Positions 9,261 through 18,782 of a stretch of DNA of 64,000 bases are shown here, one piece after another (position 1 is the first letter of the stretch; the number at the start of each line of letters is the position of its first letter). A model generated the notes under the pieces. It worked only from the letters and a program-made list of their open reading frames with translations, had not been told where the DNA came from and ran no database searches. Location of the stretch: positions 32,001 to 96,000 of the forward strand of contig CAWEMM010000011.1 of the NCBI GenBank assembly GCA_963810095.1, written 5' to 3'. This DNA comes from an uncultured Chloroflexia bacterium. Its GTDB lineage: Bacteria; Chloroflexota; Anaerolineae; CG2-30-64-16. A program made the position numbers and the translations under genes.

Positions 9261-10814
9261 TCAGTGCCCCGCAGCCTGCGGCGTCTCCGCAGAATGGAAC
9301 ACCTCAGGGTTCGCCGCGCCTTCTGCCATCAGGAACCCGACCAGCCCGTGCTCCATGCGACTCAGGCTGTGATCGACCAGCACGTACCGGCCCGGCACCT
9401 GCAGCTTGAACTCGACCACCGTTGCCCCGCCTGCCGGCACCAGCGTCGTCTGCACGTCCGTCATGGGCGGCGTCGTGACCGACCCCTCCGCATACACCTT
9501 GTCGAAGATTTCGCCAATGACGTGGAACGACGACGTCTTGTTCGGGCCACCGTCGCCGAAGAAAATCCTCACCGTCTGCCCCACGCTCGCTTTGAGCGGC
9601 TTCTTGTCGGTCAGCGCGCCCACGGCGCCATTGAACGTCATGTACTCGGGCTGCTCGGCCAGTAGCTTCTCCACGCTCATCGCCTGGAAGCCGTGCTGCC
9701 CGTACGCCGCTTGCGTGTACAGCTCGCCCTGCATGACGTAGAACTCTTTGTCCACCTTCGGCAGCCCGCCTTCGGGCTCCACCACGATCAGTCCGTACAT
9801 CCCGTTCGAGATGTGGTGCGCAACCATCGGCGTCGCGCAGTGGTACACGTACACGCCGGGATTCAACGCCTTGAACGTGAAGGTCTTCTCCTGGCCGGGC
9901 GCCACCTGGGTGACCGTCGCGCCGCCGCCTGGCCCGGTCACCGCATGAAAGTCGACCGAGTGGATCATTTGGCTGCTTGGGTTGTTCTTCAGGTGGACCT
10001 CGACCGTATCGCCCACCCGCACCCGCAGCATAGGCCCGGGCACCTGGCCGTTAAAGGTCCAGTAGTTGTACGTCGTGCCGTTGGCCAGCTGGCCCTTGGT
10101 CTCGACCGTCTCCAGGTCGATCCGCACGTTTTCCGCGGCCCTGTCTCCGATGGGACCGGGCAAGTCAGACGGGTCGCGAACGATGTCCGCGCCTGTTTCC
10201 TCGACGGCCTGTGCCTGGCCCACCACGAGCTGGCCCTCCATGCCGGCCTGCCGGTGTCCGGGGATGGAGCAGAAGTACGCAAAGGTTCCGGACTTGCTCG
10301 CTTTGAACACGGTGCCGGAACTCGACCCCTGCCCGATCACCTGCTCGGTCGCCGCTTGGAAGTCGGGAAAGACGACGTCGTGCATCGCGCCATCGCCATT
10401 GACCAGGATGATCTGCACGATCGCGCCGTCGGCCACCTCGAGCTTCGGGTTGATCTGCCCGTCAATGTTCCCGCCAACGCCCACGAAGGAAAGCCCCTTC
10501 TCGCCGACATTCGTCTTAAGCGTAAACGAGACGTCGGGCACCATGCCGACGCCTTCCCCACCGTTTTTGACCCCCGGCCCCGGCGTCATCTGCATTTCGT
10601 GGCTGACCGGCACCCCGGAAGCGCCGCCTGACGAGCTACCCCCGGCGCCTTGTGCCGCGGTTGAGGCTGCCTGTGCGCCCGATGCCGCGAGGCCGCCCGC
10701 CTGCGCGCCCTGCCCGGCGCCAATGACGAGCACCACGGCGCCCGCAGCCAGGATGAGCGCCACCACGGCAAGCGTGGCGACGACCCAGGCCACCCGTCTA
10801 TTAATTGAACTCAT
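9261..10814 (-). CDS. nirK: Copper-containing nitrite reductase with N-terminal membrane anchor and extra cupredoxin domain
   Basis: HSVDFHAVTGPGGG; YVYHCATPMVAHHISNGMYGLI; SSFHVIGEIFD; extra HDVV...YFCSIPGHRQAGMEG type-1 Cu site. Confidence 0.93.
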   Translation of the reverse strand: MSSINRRVAWVVATLAVVALILAAGAVVLVIGAGQGAQAGGLAASGAQAASTAAQGAGGSSSGGASGVPVSHEMQMTPGPGVKNGGEGVGMVPDVSFTLKTNVGEKGLSFVGVGGNIDGQINPKLEVADGAIVQIILVNGDGAMHDVVFPDFQAATEQVIGQGSSSGTVFKASKSGTFAYFCSIPGHRQAGMEGQLVVGQAQAVEETGADIVRDPSDLPGPIGDRAAENVRIDLETVETKGQLANGTTYNYWTFNGQVPGPMLRVRVGDTVEVHLKNNPSSQMIHSVDFHAVTGPGGGATVTQVAPGQEKTFTFKALNPGVYVYHCATPMVAHHISNGMYGLIVVEPEGGLPKVDKEFYVMQGELYTQAAYGQHGFQAMSVEKLLAEQPEYMTFNGAVGALTDKKPLKASVGQTVRIFFGDGGPNKTSSFHVIGEIFDKVYAEGSVTTPPMTDVQTTLVPAGGATVVEFKLQVPGRYVLVDHSLSRMEHGLVGFLMAEGAANPEVFHSAETPQAAGH

Positions 10815-10863
10815 ACTATCCTCCGCTTAAGACCATCTTCCGCATTCGCGCCGGCCCGCGCAC

Positions 10864-11098
10864 TCAAGGATGCTCCGGCGATTCGCCGGCGGCAGCCCGC
10901 AGAGCTGCGATCAGCTGGCCCTCATCCAACGCGTCAGACGCGCGCCGCGTCGGCCAGTGTTTCGAAGGCCGACAGCTCACATCCGACACACGCCATGCGG
11001 CGCTCATTAAGAACGCTGGCGCACGTGGGCCACTGTTCCAACAGCTCGGCAACCGTCATCTGAGGTTCCGGGACTCGTCGCATCATTTTCCCATTCAT
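10864..11098 (-). CDS. DUF1858-like small protein (frameshift near 10935)
   Basis: PQMTVAELLEQWP...MACVGC.LSAFETLADAA, continuing in the alternate frame as LDEGQLIAALRAA. Confidence 0.7.
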
Positions 11099-11106
11099 TT
11101 GTGAAG

Positions 11107-11151
11107 AGGATAGCATGTAGCCGGGCGTCCGTCTTTGCGCTGGCGCAAAGA
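11107..11151 (-). promoter_or_regulatory. NnrR/Crp-Fnr-type operator plus extended -10 for the DUF1858-nirK unit
   Basis: Perfect palindrome TCTTTGCG-ctgg-CGCAAAGA (11132-11151); minus-strand TGcTATCCT (hexamer 11112-11107). Confidence 0.75.
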
Positions 11152-11183
11152 GCGCCACATTCAGGGAGCGACACGCACGGGGT

Positions 11184-11892
11184 TCAGGGCGAAAGATCCT
11201 CCGCGATGCTCACCAGCCCGTGCCCTCGCTTGATAACCACTCGCTCGCGGCCGACTTCCACCAGCCCCGCACTTTCCCAGCTGCTGAGGATACGGCTCAC
11301 CGTGTAGAGGGTCGTTCCGGTCATCTCGGCCAGGTCCTGGCGCGAAAGCGGGAGGTCGATCAGGATGCCGGCATCGGTCTTGCGCCCTGCCTGGCGCGCC
11401 AGCCGGAGCACCGCACGTGCGACACGGCGCTCCACGCGTTCGGTCGCCAACTCGCGATAGCGGTCCTGGAGCTCGTGGAGCCGGCCCGCCAGGAAGCGGA
11501 GTGCGTTGACGGCCACGGCGGGGATTTCGCGCGATTAGTCGCTCCATAGCGGGACCGTCCCAAGCCAGCGCTTGCGAGTCCTCGACGACCTCGGCAGCCA
11601 CCCCGTACGCGCCGTCCGCGAAGGGCGCGACCAGTGCGAAACCGTCGCCGGGACCAATCATGTGCAGGATGACCTGGAGACCCTCCGGGTTGATCTGCGT
11701 CACACGCACTCGGCCCGAGAGCAGGACGTAGCAGCGGCTCGCCGGGTCGCCTTGCTGGAAGAAATAGCCCCCGGCCCGCACGCCGCGACGCTGTCCCTGC
11801 GCGGCGACGGCAAGCAGTTGTCCGGGCTGAAGGCCGGCGAACAACGGCACTCGCCCTAGCTCCTCCGGCGTTACTTCGGCTTTTGCGGCCAC
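11184..11892 (-). CDS. Crp/Fnr family regulator, NnrR-like (frameshift near 11525)
   Basis: cNMP-fold FFQQGDPA...[10 protein letters not shown]; [27 protein letters not shown]; GGAGG before the GTG start. Confidence 0.85.
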
Positions 11893-12073
11893 TACCACCC
11901 TCCCAAAACTGAAGTTGCGCCTTAAGGTTACCTAAAAGAAGCGGCCGTGTCGATAGGGATAGGCACAATTGGCGAGAACCGGGCGTTATAGTCCTCATGG
12001 AGATGCCGCACCACAGCGCGCATCGAATCAGCATTTATTGGCAAGCAAGTATTGACAAGCAAGCGAGGAATGA

Positions 12074-12394
12074 ATGAAGCTGCATCTCGGATTCGAGTTG
12101 GACCTGATTGGGCTGGCGCAGCCGAAGGGTGAAATGATCATGGACGTGGACTTTTATGCAGCGGACGGCCGCATCCAAGCCGACGTCAAGGATATCTCGT
12201 TCTGCAATAACGCGCTGCTCGACGCCTTGGGGAAAATGTTTGGCAAGACCATTCTTGCCGATGAGATTGCGCGGGTCATTAACGACACGATCATGGAACT
12301 CCCATCTCGCGACTCCCGCGTTCGGAGGATCGAGATTCTAAACGGCCGTATGCTCGAAGCCGAGGCGCCGATCGACGCCGAGTGCAGCGCCTGA
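12074..12394 (+). CDS. Hypothetical protein
   Basis: 106-aa ORF preceded by GAGG; protein-like composition; family not recognised. Confidence 0.5.
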   Translation: MKLHLGFELDLIGLAQPKGEMIMDVDFYAADGRIQADVKDISFCNNALLDALGKMFGKTILADEIARVINDTIMELPSRDSRVRRIEILNGRMLEAEAPIDAECSA

Positions 12395-12528
12395 GTGACT
12401 GACTGAACGAAGCGCAAGATGAAAGCGGCCGCGGTGACGTGGCACCGTGCACAACGCGGCCGGCGTTTCGGGTTGCTGCGTAAGCACCCTTACGCCGGCC
12501 TGCGACCCGTGGCTGTATGCTGTGCGCT

Positions 12529-13117
12529 GTGAAGCCCATCTCCTCCGAAGCTGCTCTGCAGCGCCTTCTTGAAGGCAACCAACGGTTTGTCGAAGACCGC
12601 CTGCACAAGGTGCAGCTGGGCGCCCGGCTCAAAGAGGTCGCTCCGGCGCAGTTCCCGTTCGCCGCCATCTTGGGCTGCTCGGACTCGCGCGTGCCCGCCG
12701 AGCTGGTGTTTGATTGCTCGCTGGGCGACTTATTCGTGGTGCGTACCGCGGGGCATGTGCTGGGCCCCGAGGTGTGCGGCAGCCTCGAATTCGCTGCCGC
12801 ACACCTGCATGTCCCGCTCATCGTGGTGCTCGGCCACACCCGCTGCGGCGCGATCCAGGCTGCGTTAGCGAGTGCGGGTGGACAGCCTGCTCCCGGGTCC
12901 ATCGCAGCGCTCGTCGAGGCCGTGCGCCCCGCGGTCGACGCGCGCGCAGGCGATGCGGGGCAACACGCTGGGCCAGGCTGTCGTGGCGCATGTCGAAGCG
13001 ACGGTTGCGGCGCTGAAATGCGCCGAGCTGCTCGTGCCGCCGCTCGCAGCAGGCACTCTCCGCGTCGTTGGCGCCCGCTATGACCTGGACACAGGCCAAG
13101 TGCAACTCCTGGTCTAG
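12529..13117 (+). CDS. Beta-class carbonic anhydrase (frameshift near 12945)
   Basis: ALQRLLEGNQRF; GCSDSRVP; GDLFVVRTAG; GHTRCGAI; C-terminus VGARYDLDTGQV in ORF 12872..13117. Confidence 0.9.
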
Positions 13118-13337
13118 GCGCCTGCGCTCTCCCCCGGCTGCTTGCGGTATTCCGTCTCCCTCTTATCGACGTCAAAGCCACAGCTTCCGCAAATCGGTCG
13201 CGCCGCAGCGTCTTGCTCCCGCGGCCGCGTCTTCATCGGGCAGCGGATGTGAGGCCATCGCCCGGGAAATCGTTGGGCTGCGGGCAGGGTAGCGGATAGT
13301 ACCCAAACGGGTACTATGCAAGGGCTGCCCCTGTAGC

Positions 13338-13382
13338 TATACTCTTCTGCGTGCAATTATGCTGAGTGTGCAATTGTGCTGA
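13338..13382 (+). promoter_or_regulatory. glnA -10 element followed by a 15-bp direct repeat
   Basis: TATACT at 13338-13343; GTGCAATTATGCTGA (13351) and GTGCAATTGTGCTGA (13368). Confidence 0.5.
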
Positions 13383-13432
13383 AGGCGTGCGTGGCGCGGG
13401 AGCGCTCCGCACCACTGAAAGGAGTCTGATCC

Positions 13433-14848
13433 ATGCCTAAGACCGTCGCCGACGTCCTTGCCATGGCGGCCAAGGTCCAAATGGTTGACCTGCGCTTCAC
13501 CGACCTGCCGGGCGTCTGGCAGCATTTCACCATTCCGGCGCACAACCTTAACGAGGAAACCTTCGAGGGCGGCGTTCCCTTCGATGGCTCTTCGATCCGG
13601 GGCTTCAAGGAAATCCACGAGTCGGACATGATCCTGGTGCTCGATCCGAGCACCGCGTTCGTCGACCCGGTGTACCAGGTGCCCACCCTCGCGATCATCG
13701 GCGACGTGTTTGACCCGATCACCCGCGAGCCCTACACCCGTGATCCGCGCTTCATCGCGCGCCGGGCCGAGACGTACCTGAAACAGACCGGGCTGGGCGA
13801 CACGGCGTTCTTCGGCCCCGAGCCGGAATTCTTCATTTTTGGCGACGTGCGCTACGGCTCGAACACTAACGAGGCCTTTTACCACCTCGACAGCTCGGAG
13901 GGCTGGTGGAACAGCGGCAAAGATTTGGGTCCCAATTTCGGCGGGCAGATCGCGCCGAAGCGGGGTTACTTCCCGACGCCCCCCACCGACACACTTCAAG
14001 ACGTGCGCTCGAGGATCGTGTTAGCCCTCGAGGGCGCGGGCATTCCGGTCGAGATTCACCATCACGAGGTTGCGTCTGCGGGCCAGGGTGAGATCGGCAT
14101 GCGATTCGATACGCTCACCCGCATGGCCGACAACGTGATGATCTACAAGTACATGGTCAAGAACGTCGCGCGGCAGAACGGCCTCACGGCCACGTTCATG
14201 CCCAAGCCGCTCTTCGGCGACAACGGCTCGGGCATGCATTGCCACCAAAGCATCTGGCGCGGCGACAAAAACATGTTCTACGACGCCTCTGGCTACGCGC
14301 AGTTGTCGGACACGGCCAAGTATTACATCGGCGGCCTCCTCAAGCACGCACCCGCCTTGCTTGCGCTGGTGGCGCCGACCACGAATTCGTACCGTCGCCT
14401 GGTGCCCGGCTTTGAGGCGCCCGTGAACCTCGCCTATTCGCAACGCAACCGGTCGGCCATCTGCCGGATTCCGGTGGGCTCGAAAAGCGCGAAGGCCAAG
14501 CGCGTCGAGTTCCGCGCGCCCGATCCTTCCTGCAACCCGTACCTCGCGTTTGCGGCCTTGCTGATGGCCGGCATCGACGGAGTTCAGAACTGTATCGATC
14601 CCGGCGAGCCGATGGACAAGGACCTGTACGGTCTGCCGCCCGAGGAGGCCCGGAAGGTGAAGCAGGTGCCGGGCAGCCTGGATGCGGTGCTCGCCGCGCT
14701 CGAGGCAGACCACGAGTTCCTGCTCAAGGGCGACGTGTTCACCTCTGACATGCTGGAAACCTATATCGCCTATAAGCGCGAGACCGAGGTGGACCCGATC
14801 CGCATGCGGCCGCACCCGTACGAGTTCACGCTGTACTACGACGCGTAA
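13433..14848 (+). CDS. glnA: Glutamine synthetase type I (adenylylatable)
   Basis: FDGSSI; HHHEVA; [19 protein letters not shown]; NRSAICRIP; adenylylation loop [11 protein letters not shown]. Confidence 0.97.
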   Translation: MPKTVADVLAMAAKVQMVDLRFTDLPGVWQHFTIPAHNLNEETFEGGVPFDGSSIRGFKEIHESDMILVLDPSTAFVDPVYQVPTLAIIGDVFDPITREPYTRDPRFIARRAETYLKQTGLGDTAFFGPEPEFFIFGDVRYGSNTNEAFYHLDSSEGWWNSGKDLGPNFGGQIAPKRGYFPTPPTDTLQDVRSRIVLALEGAGIPVEIHHHEVASAGQGEIGMRFDTLTRMADNVMIYKYMVKNVARQNGLTATFMPKPLFGDNGSGMHCHQSIWRGDKNMFYDASGYAQLSDTAKYYIGGLLKHAPALLALVAPTTNSYRRLVPGFEAPVNLAYSQRNRSAICRIPVGSKSAKAKRVEFRAPDPSCNPYLAFAALLMAGIDGVQNCIDPGEPMDKDLYGLPPEEARKVKQVPGSLDAVLAALEADHEFLLKGDVFTSDMLETYIAYKRETEVDPIRMRPHPYEFTLYYDA

Positions 14849-14854
14849 GTCATG

Positions 14855-14941
14855 GGACGCAGATTGAACTGATCAAACTGATTCGCATGATCCTATTGAC
14901 ACAGATCAGGTGAATCAGTCTCATCAGTTCAATCTGCGTCC
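14855..14941. repeat. Long inverted repeat downstream of glnA (GGAcGCAGAT family)
   Basis: ggacgcagattgaactgat / atcagttcaatctgcgtcc perfect 19-bp arms plus further inner pairing; ~9-nt internal periodicity. Confidence 0.8.
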
Positions 14942-15051
14942 TATTCCGCCGCCACATCCCCACGCAACTTCCGCCCCGCAGAACGAATCCTACTGAGAAA
15001 CCCGCCGGATTCGGTATAATACGCTCACTTCTTGAGGTGAGGAATCGTGAG

Positions 15052-15973
15052 ATGAGCGATTATGTTCTGCGCGTCCTGGCAAAGGACGCGGGTGTCCGCG
15101 TGCTTAACCTGTACCACGACCGAGCTTTCGCGCGAGGCGGCCCGGCGTCATGCCGCGTACCCCATCGCGGCGGCCGCGCTGGCATACGGTATGACGGCCG
15201 GCGTGCTGCTGGGCGCACTGCTAAAGGTGCAGGAGCGGGTGGCGCTGAAATTCGATGGCGACGGCCGGCTCGGCAAGCTGATCGTCGAGGCAGACGCATA
15301 CGGGCGGGTGCGCGGGTATATCGCGGTGCCCGACGCTGTCAGCGGCGAATCGCTCGGGCGAGCGGCCGTGGGCGATGCGCTGGGCCGCACCGGGGTGCTC
15401 ACAGTCGTCAAGGACCTGCGCCTGAAGGATCTCTACCGCAGCGCGGTGGCGATCGAATACGGCGAGTGGGACAAGGAACTCGAAACATACTTCAACCAGT
15501 CGGAACAAGTCGCGTCGCTGGTCGAAATCGGCGTCGTCATGAATGACGCGGGCGAGATTGAGGCGGCGGGCGGCTGGCTGATCCAGGCACTGCCGGGACA
15601 TGGCCACGAGGCGCTGGAGCGCCTCGCCAAGCAGCTCGAGAGCCTGCCGGCAGCCGAGGCACTGCTAGCGGAAGGCGCCGACCCCGAGCAGTTGATGGAC
15701 CGCCTGCTGCCCGCGAAGGACTACATCGTCCTGGATCGGACCGAGGCGAAGTTCAGTTGCTCGTGTTCAAGGGAGAGGTCGGCCAAGGCGCTGCGCATGC
15801 TTCCCGCCGAGGACCGTCTCGCGCTCATTGCGGAGGGCGAAGCCGTGGTGGACTGCCACTTCTGCCACGCGCGCTACAGCTTCTCCCGCGAAGAATTGGA
15901 GGAGCTGCACGAAGAGGCGCTTCGGGACGAAGCGGCCTCACGCGCAGAGGGTGAATCGCCGTCACAGGAGTGA
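15052..15973 (+). CDS. hslO: Hsp33 redox-regulated chaperone (frameshift near 15105)
   Basis: YFNQSEQV; AAGGWLIQALPG; CSCSRER and CHFC zinc motifs; N-terminus MSDYVLRVLA in the adjacent frame. Confidence 0.9.
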
Positions 15974-16044
15974 CCGGTCGCCGTGGGAGGCTCACCCTTT
16001 GGTGCGAGATGGCGCCTCTCGCCGTAGCGGGCTATAATGGCCGC

Positions 16045-17846
16045 GTGGAACCCGTGCTGATCGCGACCCTGACACGGATCAACGCTTTGTCTGCGGAAGT
16101 CAACCGCATGGACGGCGATGACCCCGCCGCGCTCGAACACCTCCTGCACGGGGTTGAAGTGGCCGCCGGCGCGCTGGTGGAAGGGGGCGCCGCCTCGATT
16201 CTGCTGGGCCAGTGGCCTGCGGAAGATGCGGCCGGCGGTGCCGGCGACGGGGTCCGGGTCCTCCCGCTGGGCCCAGCCGAGCGCCCCTTCGGTTTCCTGA
16301 CCCTCGCTTGTCCCCCCGGCGCTGTGCTCGACGAGGGTCGGGCCCTCCTGCTCCAGGCACTGGCCAATGTGGCTGCCACGGCGGTCTTGCAGGCGGGCGT
16401 GCGGCGCGACTCCCGGCAGACCCTCGCCCGCAAGGAGGACGAACTCACGCTCCTGCGCCGGGCAGGGCTGCTGATTTCCTCGCGCACCGGCTTGCAGGAC
16501 ACCCTCGACACCATCCTCCAAATGGCGCTCGAAGTCACGGGCGCGCGTTACGGCATCTTCCGCCTGGTCGACGGAGGCCGGAACGCGCTCGTGATGGCCG
16601 CCATCGCGGGCGCCGACCTCGGCCGCCCGGCCGTCGAAGCGCTGCCCATCAACGTCACAAGCGTGATGGGAATGGTGGCCAAGACGAAAGAACCCGTGAT
16701 GATTGCCGACGTGCGCCAGCCGCCCTGGTCCCGCATCTACTACCCCCTGGATCACGCCCTGCAGATGCGCGCCGAGCTCGCGGTGCCACTGCTGGGGGCC
16801 GGCGGCCGTCTCGTCGGTGTCCTCAACCTCGAGAGCCCGCAGCCCGGTGCGTTCACTGAGGCCGACAGCCACCTGCTCCAATCGCTGGCCAGCCAGGCCG
16901 TCATCGCAATTCAGCAGGTGCGCCTGCTCGACGCAGCCGCGAGACGTCGGCAAGGGTGCTGAGCCAGGAGGCCGGCGACGTTCGGGAGCACTTGCAAGCC
17001 GTGCGCGAAGAACTTCTGAGCGGCGACACCGAGTGGGACCGGAAGGTCGAGGCGATGTTGGCGCAGTACGACCGGCTGGCGCGCGACAATGAAGAGCGGC
17101 AGGCGGCGCTGCGTGAGGCGCGGGAGGCCCGGGCGGTGGCGGAGACCTTTGCGGCCATGGGCGACGTCGCGGCCAACCTGCTTCACCACCTGAACAACCA
17201 GGTGGGCACGATCCCGGCCCGAGTCGAAGGGATCCAGGATAAGTGCCCGGACCTCATTGCTCAGAGCCCATATCTGGCGGCGAACCTGGGCGAGATCGAG
17301 CGAGCCGCGCTCGATGCGATGCAGACCGTACGGGAGCGGCTGGCGCTCCTGCGGCCGATCACGCCTGCGCCGGTCAGCCTGTCTGAGTGCCTGGGTGAGG
17401 CGCTGCGCGCTGCCCGCTTACCCGGCGGCGTGACTGTCTCGGCGGCGCCCGAGCTCGCCGCCCTCCCGCCGGTGCTGGCGGGCCGCGAGGGTTTGATGCT
17501 CATTCTGCTGAACCTGCTCGACAATGCAGGGGAGGCGCTTGCCAGCGCCAGACCCGGCGGTGATCCTACCCCAGACCCGGGGCGCATCAGCGTGTCGGGG
17601 TGGGTGCAGGGGCAGGCGGTCGAGGTGGTGGTGGCAGACGACGGCCCGGGCATCCCGCGCGATCTGCAGGGACGGATCTTCGAGTTCGACGTTTCGAGCC
17701 GCCGCAGAGGAGGCAAGGGCCACCGCATGGGCTTCGGGCTTTGGTGGGTGAAGACGCTCATCACCCGGTTGGGCGGTGCGATCGTCGTCGAAAGCGACGG
17801 CAAGAGCGGGACGGCGTTTCGTCTGCGGCTGCCGAGAGCGGAATAG
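16045..17846 (+). CDS. GAF-domain sensor histidine kinase (frameshift near 16940)
   Basis: GAF motif ELAVPL...VGVLNLESPQPGAFT; H-box LLHHLNN; NLLDNA, DDGPGI and GFGL ATPase boxes. Confidence 0.85.
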
Positions 17847-17851
17847 GACGC

Positions 17852-18439
17852 ATGCGCGCGCTGGTGGTTGAAGACAACCGGGGCTGGCAGGACATCCTGG
17901 CGGAAATCCTGGCGGACATGGGGCTGACCGTGGATGTGGCGGGGGATTCGCGGCACGCGTCCGCGCATATCGCCGCGTCGCCTCACCGGCTGGCGGTCGT
18001 CGACCTGTCGCTCCGGGCAGACGACGAGGGCAACCAGGAGGGGCTCCAGATCCTGGCCGCGCTGCGGGAGAACGACCCTCGCTGCGCCGCGGTGCTGCTG
18101 ACGGGATTCGCAACCGTCGAGATTGCGGTCGCCGCGCTAAAGGACTTCGGCGCGTGGACCTGCCTCCGGAAGGAGTCCTTTCGCCGGGCAGAGTTCAAGG
18201 ACGTGGTGCGCCAGATCCTGAGCCAGCCTGCCGAGGTGGATCCGCTGGCCGCACTGACCCCCCGCGAGCGGGAGGTGGTGCAGCTGCTCGTGGAGGGGCT
18301 GCCGAACAAGGGCATCGCACACCGGATGGTGATTTCCGAAAACACGGTCAAACGATACTTGAAGGTGATATTCGAAAAGCTCGACGTCGACAGCCGGGCC
18401 GGCGCCGTGGCAAAGGCCCTTGGCCCGCCGCAGCCTTGA
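17852..18439 (+). CDS. Response regulator, NarL/LuxR-type HTH
   Basis: MRALVVEDN...AVVDL...LLTGFAT receiver; LTPREREVVQLL..GLPNKGIA....ISENTVK HTH. Confidence 0.9.
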   Translation: MRALVVEDNRGWQDILAEILADMGLTVDVAGDSRHASAHIAASPHRLAVVDLSLRADDEGNQEGLQILAALRENDPRCAAVLLTGFATVEIAVAALKDFGAWTCLRKESFRRAEFKDVVRQILSQPAEVDPLAALTPREREVVQLLVEGLPNKGIAHRMVISENTVKRYLKVIFEKLDVDSRAGAVAKALGPPQP

Positions 18440-18681
18440 GGGAACCAGGCTTGTTCGGGACTTAACCGCAAACACAGGGGAACTGCCGGCCGGCCGTGCA
18501 AGGTAGGTCATGTTTTCCGGCCCAGCCCGGACGGTCCCGGCGGAAGTGCCAGGACCTTGGGAGGGCCGGAAGCGGCACGATTCTCGCACAACGGCGGCTA
18601 AATGCGCGCGTGGTTCCTGCCGCCCCTGGCTCATCCCCCGCACAGTGGCTTATCCGGGCGAACGCATGCCCACAGCGTTGC

Positions 18682-18753
18682 CTTTGGGGTTCCAAGGGGC
18701 GCAGCCCCTGGTCGGGCGGGGGCAAGAGGGCCCCCGCCAGACCATCGTTCTGC
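18682..18753. repeat. Copy of the GGGGC-N3-GCCCC REP-like element between convergent genes
   Basis: ctttggggttccaaggggcgcagcccctggtcgg...ccatcgttct resembles 9008-9087 and the reverse complement of 8801-8837. Confidence 0.65.
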
Positions 18754-18782
18754 ATCAGCAGATAGTTCGCTGTGCTTTGTAC

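Noticed and set aside
8598-9409. ORFs spanning the glnE-nirK gap, and 18510..19664
   Set aside because: Pro/Arg/Gly-rich translations of repeat DNA or antisense shadows, with no RBS or recognisable motifs.
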